DNA of 64,000 bases from positions 39,742,001-39,806,000 of the forward strand of contig OX597825.1 of NCBI GenBank assembly GCA_951406725.2. The letters run 5' to 3'. Position numbers and translations under genes: made by a program. The DNA is from Octopus vulgaris. Taxonomy: Eukaryota. The notes under the pieces are model-generated. The model made no database searches and had not been told where the DNA came from. It saw nothing but the letters and a program-made list of their open reading frames with translations. Of this stretch, positions 55,504 to 64,000 are shown in pieces. The first letter of the stretch is position 1. Every line of letters begins with the position of its first letter.

Positions 55504-56639
55504 ATATATGTATGTGTATATAGAAATGTGTATGTATATGTTTATATATATATATACATATATTTTATGTATGTGTTTGTGTGTGTTCCATCACTGATTG
55601 ACCACCGATGTTCATGTATTTACGTCCTCGTTACTTTGCGGTACGGCAAAGGAAACCGGCAGAATATGTACTAAGCCTGAAAAAATGTATTGTCGTCGAT
55701 TCGTCCGACTATGGTGTTAAGAATTCACATACTGTAAAATTACAACGTTTAATTCCGATAACCTTATAAGTAATTCCTCTCAGACTTTGTGTTTCATAGA
55801 ATTTATCTACACACTATAAAGTTTGTCCAAAATGAAATTTCCATTTATATACAGAGTCTTCTGATTACTTTGTATATGCTTACTAATCACCTTTGTAAAT
55901 GAAGTACTATATGTTCTGAACAAAGAGGTCTTCTGAAGATTGTATCTTTGTCACGTAATATATCTGGTCACAGTTTACCTAGTGGTTAACATTAACAATA
56001 GGAAATCGAATGTCAATGCTCCATATTAATTTATAAAACCACGTGATATTTATTATTATATTTCTCTGACAATTACCTAGTATCTCATATTCATTTGCAG
56101 AATTGCAAGTTCCTCAGTTATTACCAATCATCTTTATGAATTATACCAATAATATACAAAATGATATGCGAATAATTCTTGTAGTTGGTTTAATTTCGTT
56201 CAATGTTAGGAAATCGTGATTTTCTACAACCTAAATTATAGCATCTAACATCTTGTGCAGATATCACACAACTAATCGATGTGTACATAATTCGTAACCG
56301 GCGACAGACAATACGTATTTAATTGTTTGATCGATAGCATGTTAATAAATATCAGAACATATAATACGTTGAGTTGTCATCATTTGTTTTATTGTTATTG
56401 CTTTCGCCTTTATACATTAACTACACTAAATATATCGAAATATCATTTGCGTTATGTTTCCTTTCAATTAGCAACACATAATTGCAACAGTTATAAGCTA
56501 ACATCCCATATATATATATATATATATATATATACAAAAACGTACACTGTAGTGTTGATAATTCAATGAATATACTTGTCATGGCCTCATGCTCTGTTTC
56601 TGCCTGTCTCTTTTCTCTACCTTCACACATCAATATATA

Positions 56640-56685
<46 letters not shown>

Positions 56686-59256
56686 GTGTGTATGTATATA
56701 TAATGAGAGAAAAACATGAGCTTCAACTGAATTTGTCACTCATTATGTCATCTGTTACAGATGTTCCAGCATACGGTAACTCATGATGTCACACTATAAA
56801 TGCAACCAGTAGATTTACCACACAAGGGCAGCATGCATACTCAGAAACGTCTCTCAGACAGATAAATGGGAAGCGCGTTTACTGAATTTCATTAAGCGTA
56901 GGAACAGAAACTTGATCGCCAAAGATCTTACGATACTTTATACTAATGCTGTGTTCGTCATTCTTAGCGCCGTATTAATCATCTCTGTCAAAGACGACAA
57001 ACACTGACATTCTGATTGCATACTTGTTTCTGGTGAAAAGAAAATTTTGGTTTTTCCACCGAAGTTATATCATAAGATATATTTTTTTAAATGTCTTAGA
57101 AAGTGACTGTGCGACAAAGATGTGTGATATTTAGATCACTACGTTTTAAGAGACAGGGTAAAACTGAGAGAAACATTGTGTTCAGTTTTGGTATACTTAA
57201 TCACATTAAGTTTACTTATTCAAACTAAGTATTCCTCTCGATTAAAATTAGTTTTTTCTATGAAAACAGATATTAACGCATACTATGGTACAGAAAAAAG
57301 ATGACTGGAAACCCGCAAGTGGAAATTCAAATAATGAATATTTACAAAACGACAAATGTTTAATTACAAAATCCCAACTCTAAAACAAGTCATGGTGAGT
57401 ACGACTGAAAAAAATGCATTAGCAATAAATTCTAAAGGTTTATTTCTGCTATTGAATATAAGACAATATAACGTTTGTAGACAACATTTACAGACCCTTT
57501 ATATGATATTAGCATATTCAAACTGATCACATTACACTTGGAGATCAACCTTACGTAAAATTTTCATCTGTATTAGTCGTAGATAAAAGCATAAACAAAG
57601 CGGACTGAAAAAACTGTATATAACAGACATTAAAATGTAATTATCACTTAAAGCTCACGAGACTACTTTTAGTATAGCACAAACTACAAAATCGAATTGG
57701 AACGCCGCATTTAATTCCAGAGTTTAACCGTGATATCAGTGGAACGGAGAATGCAAAAAAATCCAAATAACAGTGATTGCGAGTATACTAGTAGTAAATG
57801 CGAACTGGGACAAAGAATATTGATAATGATATGTAATTGCGGAATATATTGTATATGTAGAAAAAATCCGGAATCTCGCATTTTCAAAAACTTTCTTCAA
57901 AAAACAAGTTTCTTATTTTTTTCAGTTAATTCCCAATGCTATATGATTATCTTTTATATATATATCTCACTAAATGTGTTGCACAATACCGAACCTTTCT
58001 TTCCTACGCTCAGAATATATACTCTATGAAAGCAATCACTTCACGAATGAATCCCCGCCCCCAAATTCACAAACATTGCGTTCGAAAATGAAATGAAGGC
58101 AAAGGGAACATAGGAATGGCATCGGACACGGTGATGAAATTAGAAAACTTTCCCAGAGCAACTTTTTACAAAATAATCATCCGTAGCCACCCACCACAGC
58201 TTGTCGATCAAAGTTAATGTCGTGGAACACCTAAAAGAATTTTTTTGTAAAATGAAAGAGAAATCGAAAAGTTCGATACTTGTGATTCCATATAAAAAAT
58301 TTTTTTCCAAATATGGACAGGATCAGAAAAGAATAAATAACTGTTAGAATGATTTATAAGTGACTATGTCTACAAAAATATAGAGAAATTTATGATACGG
58401 AATAAGGTTATGCATTCAGTAGAAGTGTTAATAGCTGAGATAAGTTGATTTAATATCAGTTGAATGTGGTATTTTTCGCTGGAAATAAACAGAATACAAA
58501 TTGTATGAAAACATATATCTGCAATAATACAAAAGCCGAAAACTCAAATTTATTTGAATAGAAGGTAAGATTTTCCTCATAAAGTGAGAGTTTATGTCAT
58601 TGAGAAAAGGCAACATTTTAAGGATGAATTAGTTGTAATGTTTCCTTCAATATGTAGCAACATCATTCAATATCCGATAAGAGGAAGACAATGAACATCT
58701 CAAGGTTTATGTAATTTCTGTGAAATATTTTGCAAACGATATAAACACAGCTAAAATAACTTCCATTCCCTAGATTCTTTTGAATATTCACTCCTAAATA
58801 ACATTTATACGTTTATGTACGCAACAAAAGAGAGTATGAAAGAGACCTATGGCGAAAATCTTGTAGATATTGATGAAGTTTGCTAAAAGAGACGAAAGTA
58901 TTGTCTAAAGTAAACTTGATTGACAAAACTAACACGGTACATTATATCACTTCAGATTTCTAGTTTAATAAAGTATATACACGCTCCCATCCCTCCCACA
59001 TGTGTGTGTGTTAGATAAAATAAGATAGCAAAGCCAAGGCAGTGTCAAATTTCTAGGACATTTATGAAGGGATAGATAGTTTTACTGCTGTTTCAGGCAT
59101 ATGAAAGACATCACTTCATCAGAGACGGTATGAGAGAGTCAAATAGAGGAATTTTGTAGAGTTCAATATAAGGAGTTATTTTGGAAAGGGAAAGACATAG
59201 AAAGTATATACATATCAACTCGTGTGTTACTTTCTAACTGCTACGTATATATATAA

Positions 59257-59302
<46 letters not shown>

Positions 59303-59304
<2 letters not shown>

Positions 59305-59597
59305 CAGTAAGGGAAATATATAAAGCATTTTTATTATAGCAAAAAAATAGCAAAAAATGGAAAAAAAATGATGGTATAGAGTTAAAAAAGGTGGAGTTGC
59401 GTCCCCTAGACGGTCTGTGGTTTGGGTTCCTGATTCTCGACCCCATGTCGAATATAGAACTGGGAGAACTATTTTCGCTGCGTTAGTATTATGACATTGG
59501 CTATATATCAGAATCGGTTGAAAGCCGTGGTCAGAGTGAGGGTACAGAAAACAGACACACAGAAAACGCACAGACACTTTTATATAGAGAGAGATAT
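59303..59597 (-). mobile_element. Helitron-like 5' fragment
   Basis: Minus strand ATCTCTCTCTATATAAAAG-tgtctgtgcgttttctgtgtgtctg start resembles the terminus at 14455. Confidence 0.4.
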
Positions 59598-59604
59598 ACA
59601 TTTA

Positions 59605-60331
59605 TGCTTACTCCGGTATATTATAAATATGTAATTTAAAATAGGATAAAATGTTTTTTAGAATTTATCAAGTTAGTAGTCAGCGTGAAAAACCACATAA
59701 GTGAAACCTTATTCCATTTAAATATATTTATTTGTGATAAGGGCATTACTATACATATATATCTCACGCTATGAGGGACTGAAAATAAAAACTACCATAA
59801 TAAATACAGTGTACCGAACACGGGGGAATGCACCTCTAGGAGCGAACTCGTTAAAAACAGATTCAGCCACAGATCATGGGATTTCATAATTAGTGCACAA
59901 AATGCAATTTTAAACGTCAGCGCAGGCATAATCAAGAAACATAAAAATGGACAAAAATCACCAAATGCATCAAGCTGAGCACAATAGGGTTGTTCACTCC
60001 TATATATCTAATTCAGAGGCGTGCTTTCGTATTGCATCTGGGTACATGTGTATAATCTGAATAATTCAATACTGAATATATTCCGGTTAAATTTAAAATT
60101 TAAAATAGGTTAAATTCTTTATAAGAATTTATCAAGTAGTCAGCGTGAAAAACCTCATAAACAAAAAATTATAATTATTCCCTTTAAGTATATTTATATA
60201 TAATAAGGGCGTTACTACACAGAAATCCCTCACCGAGATGCAATCCCTCACGTTTTTTACACTGTATTTATTATAGTAGTTTTTACTTTAAGAGTCCCTC
60301 ATAGGGTGAGGCATTTATGTGGAAGAATGCC

Positions 60332-60335
<4 letters not shown>
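59605..60335 (-). mobile_element. Older relative of the 481-bp family: ~465-bp partial tandem plus terminal inversion, ending in (TA)n
   Basis: Shares aatt.atcag..ag...agcgtgaaaaacc.cataa and agggcatta.t.....cacgcta.gagggac with 31197-31680; 60257-60333 inverts 59740-59813. Confidence 0.75.
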
Positions 60336-60395
<60 letters not shown>

Positions 60396-62569
60396 GCATC
60401 TGTACATATACGTATGTATTCTTTATTCTCTTACTAGTTTTATACATTTTGACTGCGGATAGCCATATTTAGTGATTTAATGATATCATGCTCAATGTAT
60501 GTGTATACACTCACAGGGGGATGAAAATGTGGATTTGTCTGCACCTAATTTGATTGCATGTGTTGAAAACAAAATATATATAAGAGCGAGAGAAAGGTGA
60601 CAGCAACAACTCATTAAAACATATGATTTTCAACATCCTTCAACATGCCATGCTATTGAAACAGCAATAACTTAAACGGCCCTTTGTGTACTGTTTTATA
60701 TGATATATGTAGGCTATTAGAATTCATGAAGCAGTGAACATGTCTGAGGAAAAATCTCGTCATCGACTTGTATTAGTAGTACAATATATATCGTAATGCG
60801 ACTAATACACATACACGCGCACATACACACACACACATACACACACACACGCACACATACACATACAGATGTCATAAATTAGTATATTACATTATAACAT
60901 TCATTATATGGAACATTTCTTCCGTTTCTACTATTGCAAATCATACCTGATACCTATCGTGTCTGCCTCAAATTTTTAATCTAAAATTATTGCTTTTTAT
61001 TTTTTATTCACACAGTTTGATATCAATAGATTTGGAATGATAGTGGAAAGCCAGCCATAAACAATAGACAATAGTAAAATACAACCAATTAATATTATTA
61101 TAAAATCTCGAAAAGTGTATTGAATTATAAAATTCAGTTAAATAATAATTCATGTAGAAAAGTCATATATTGTGCAAATACTGTTTCCCAAATATTTTAA
61201 AATTTATGTAAAACAATTTTTTCCGTTCAGTATATATAAAATGCAGCTTCAGCGACGGAAGACTTCAGATATTCGCATTATACAGTATTCATTAGACATT
61301 CGCCACTCTAACACAGCTATCCTTTACAGGAAGTTTATATTTTATGCACCTAATATATTATTTATATAAGAGTATATTATTTATATACGTGAGTGTATGC
61401 GTGGGTATACATACATTTTGTATGTGTCTGTTTGTGTGTGTGTCTGCTGTGTGTGTAAAATTAAAGCAAATGCTTTACTTTTTACTCACACAGGTAAGCG
61501 ATTTTATTAGAGATATTATTCGATTGCGTTCTCTCCAGCGATCAAACGGTACTTCTGTTATCGACACCGAAATGAGGAAAGGTAAAGACGATCTCAGTGG
61601 AATTTCAACGCAGAAGCTAGCGACAGAAGAAATGCCACAATTCATTTTGTCGGGTTTGTTAACGAATCTGCTAGTTAATGTTAATATTTCAGCACATTCC
61701 TTCTGCTAATATTGCTATTAGTCTTGTTGTGGCTGCTGTCATTGCTACAATTGTTCGCCTCAAATAGCAGTAATGCCGGTATTTTGGATTTGATCCTTCA
61801 AAGATTGAAAAACATTTCATCCCTTTACATGAGCATTTTGAAATAATGACGGAACGTTGATAGACGTGGCACTTATCTTTCAGAGTCACCTTCAGGTTCT
61901 TTCTTAACTTTCCTGACTATTGAAGCTGATACGCTAGTTGCCAAAAATGTGTTTCCGTAGGCCATTAAAAAAAAATCCGACAAATGGTCGCCACAAGTAG
62001 ATGAGAAACACAGTTGTTAAGAAGACCTATTTGTTATATGCTTCAATCATTTGACTACGGCTATGATGGGTGACCTCCTCGAAGGAATATAGTCAAGCAG
62101 ATCAACTCATCCCAGATTATGCTTGCTTTCTCATTTTCTGTGACCTTTTATTGCGTATGCTTATACCATCTTTTTTCTGTGTTATTTCATAGCGTTTTCA
62201 TAGTTTCCAGTGTATATAGGTCCGACCTCTGCGGTGTCAGTGAAATATGATTTTTTCTTTCTCCTCCCTCTCCACATATTCTGCAGTTACTTGTATTTAT
62301 GGTGGGAAGTCTTTCATGTTTTGCTACAATTAAAAATCCTTCAAACGCTGCTTTGAGTCTTGAGCTTCTCAGCCATCGTTAGGATTTTGCTTTTTCGATT
62401 AGTTTAACCATTCTGCTCCAAAATCGTGGGAGGTACGAAGCCACACCTGAAGTCTAAATCGCATCCTCAACATCAGCAACAGGAAGAACAGAGACATTTT
62501 AATAAAACGGTAGCCTCATCCCCAAAAGCAACAGAGGCACCTGAGCCCCATTTAGCTAGTGTTGCAGAG

Positions 62570-63540
62570 TTCTGCGAAATGCCGATAACAGCCGAATGTA
62601 TACGGTGAGTTGCGCAGAAGAGAAGTCTCCGGGACGCAATGTTCCACCCTTAGAGCTTTGTTTCTATAAGCCTGACTTGTTCAGTGGCCTTTGTCAGTAG
62701 TCTATCACAACTGGCAGCAGAACGGGAGAAATACCAATGCTGTTAGCCGTGTAATGTGGTACAGTTGATGGTGGATCCAATCAAGGGAGAGAATTTTGAT
62801 AATTTTGGGTCAATAATTCTGCTAAACGCAGATTATATCTCGACCAAGGTATTAGCAAAGAGGTTGGCGCAAACATGTGATATCTCAAATAGAACTATCC
62901 CTGACAAATTCCACCTCACGTGCTACATCATATAGAGGTTGGCGAAGGAACTTGGCATGGGTGGAGCCCTAATAACTTTGGTTCAGTCAGAAGCTTTTGA
63001 TTGGGTCGAGTATCAAAATATGGAGGCTGTTCTCGCGACAGCGAGATTCGGTCCCGTTTTCAAAGGCAGGATCGCTGCAATGTACAGTGCATCTGTTAGC
63101 TGGTCAAAGTAAATGGCCACCTATCGCTCGTTTGGACCGTCAAGGATACCCACTCCCACTTCCTCTGTACACACTGGCTCTCGTGCCATTGCTGCAGGAG
63201 CTGGATATTACGAATGGCATCCCGCGTGATGTAGGATAACGAAGGTTTGTGTCAGCTTACGCAGACCACGTCACCGTAAGAGTGTTGCGTATCTCACAAA
63301 CTGAGGTGATCGGCACTACTCTTAGTACGAATCGGTACAAGAGCAAAGATCGACCAGGAGATGTCTGTGTGCCTGCAGATCGGTAAATGGAGAGGTGGAT
63401 CCATGCCAGCCGAAAGTGTTGTGGGACGCTGGACGGAGGGACCGGTTGAATTCCTCGGGGCCTGGTTTGGTCAAACCTCCAGTTGGGGAGAACTTGTGAT
63501 AGGAGTGCTAACGCTATATATCTGTAATTCCTGAGCTGGG
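62570..63540 (+). pseudogene. Decayed L1/Tx1-type reverse transcriptase fragment
   Basis: KSPG..., I.LLNADY...KVLAKRL, Q.EAFD, RQGYPLPLPLY.L.L.P and YADHVT remnants of RT motifs. Confidence 0.75.
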
Positions 63541-64000
63541 AGAGTATTGCTAAATACATTTAAATATTATTTTTTATAACATCGTATCAATATTATGGGG
63601 TTTCTCTATGCATTGATTCCTACGCTATACTTATCACTAATCTTTAATATCCAATCATACATATTATTGCCTATGCTAGCATATCACATGCGGTTTACCA
63701 ATAATTTTTTAATGAAAATTTGATGTAGAACTATAAGAAAATAATCGTTATATTAATGATTGAATCAGAGCACGTAAAGCAAAATTGACAACATTGAAAT
63801 TGAAGTTAATTATGGGGATTATACATGCATTGCTTTTAGTCAGTATATGACTCCTTTAATACCATTTGATTCATCAAGACTTGATTTTTTGAGAATTCTT
63901 CACATATTACACTGATTTCCAACAAGCAAATCCAAATTCATTATTAGCATGGTCGGAACTTGCACTTGAATAATTCCATTACGTTTAGACACTGCTCTAC

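Overview
AT-rich, microsatellite-dense eukaryotic DNA. It is probably cephalopod (octopus-like), judged from recalled SINE-type sequences; this is an inference. I find no intact host gene, and the window is almost entirely mobile-element derived. (i) 1-12.4 kb is a pile-up of R4/Dong-clade RLE non-LTR retrotransposons in (TAA)n tracts, plus a ~530-bp non-coding TAA-associated element. (ii) Two Penelope-like (RT + GIY-YIG) pseudo-elements carry inverted terminal copies of their 3' ends. (iii) There are decayed mariner/Tc1, Helitron-like, L1/Tx1-like and SINE copies. The standout is at least four different non-coding tandem-repeat families (units ~560, ~481, 588 and ~492 bp). Each sits in a (TA)n tract and each unit carries one type I hammerhead ribozyme motif (CUGAUGA...GAAA...UH, usually with a palindromic stem III loop). 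Three of the four arrays have a head-to-head inversion that points both ribozyme-sense 3' ends outward, the same geometry as the neighbouring Penelope element. Three families also share a TTTRRCTGYTATTTCTA motif, a stem/hairpin module and recurrent end points. This looks like a (TA)n-targeted, Penelope-mobilised retrozyme-like system. Ribozyme activity, circular RNA intermediates and novelty are inferred, not shown.
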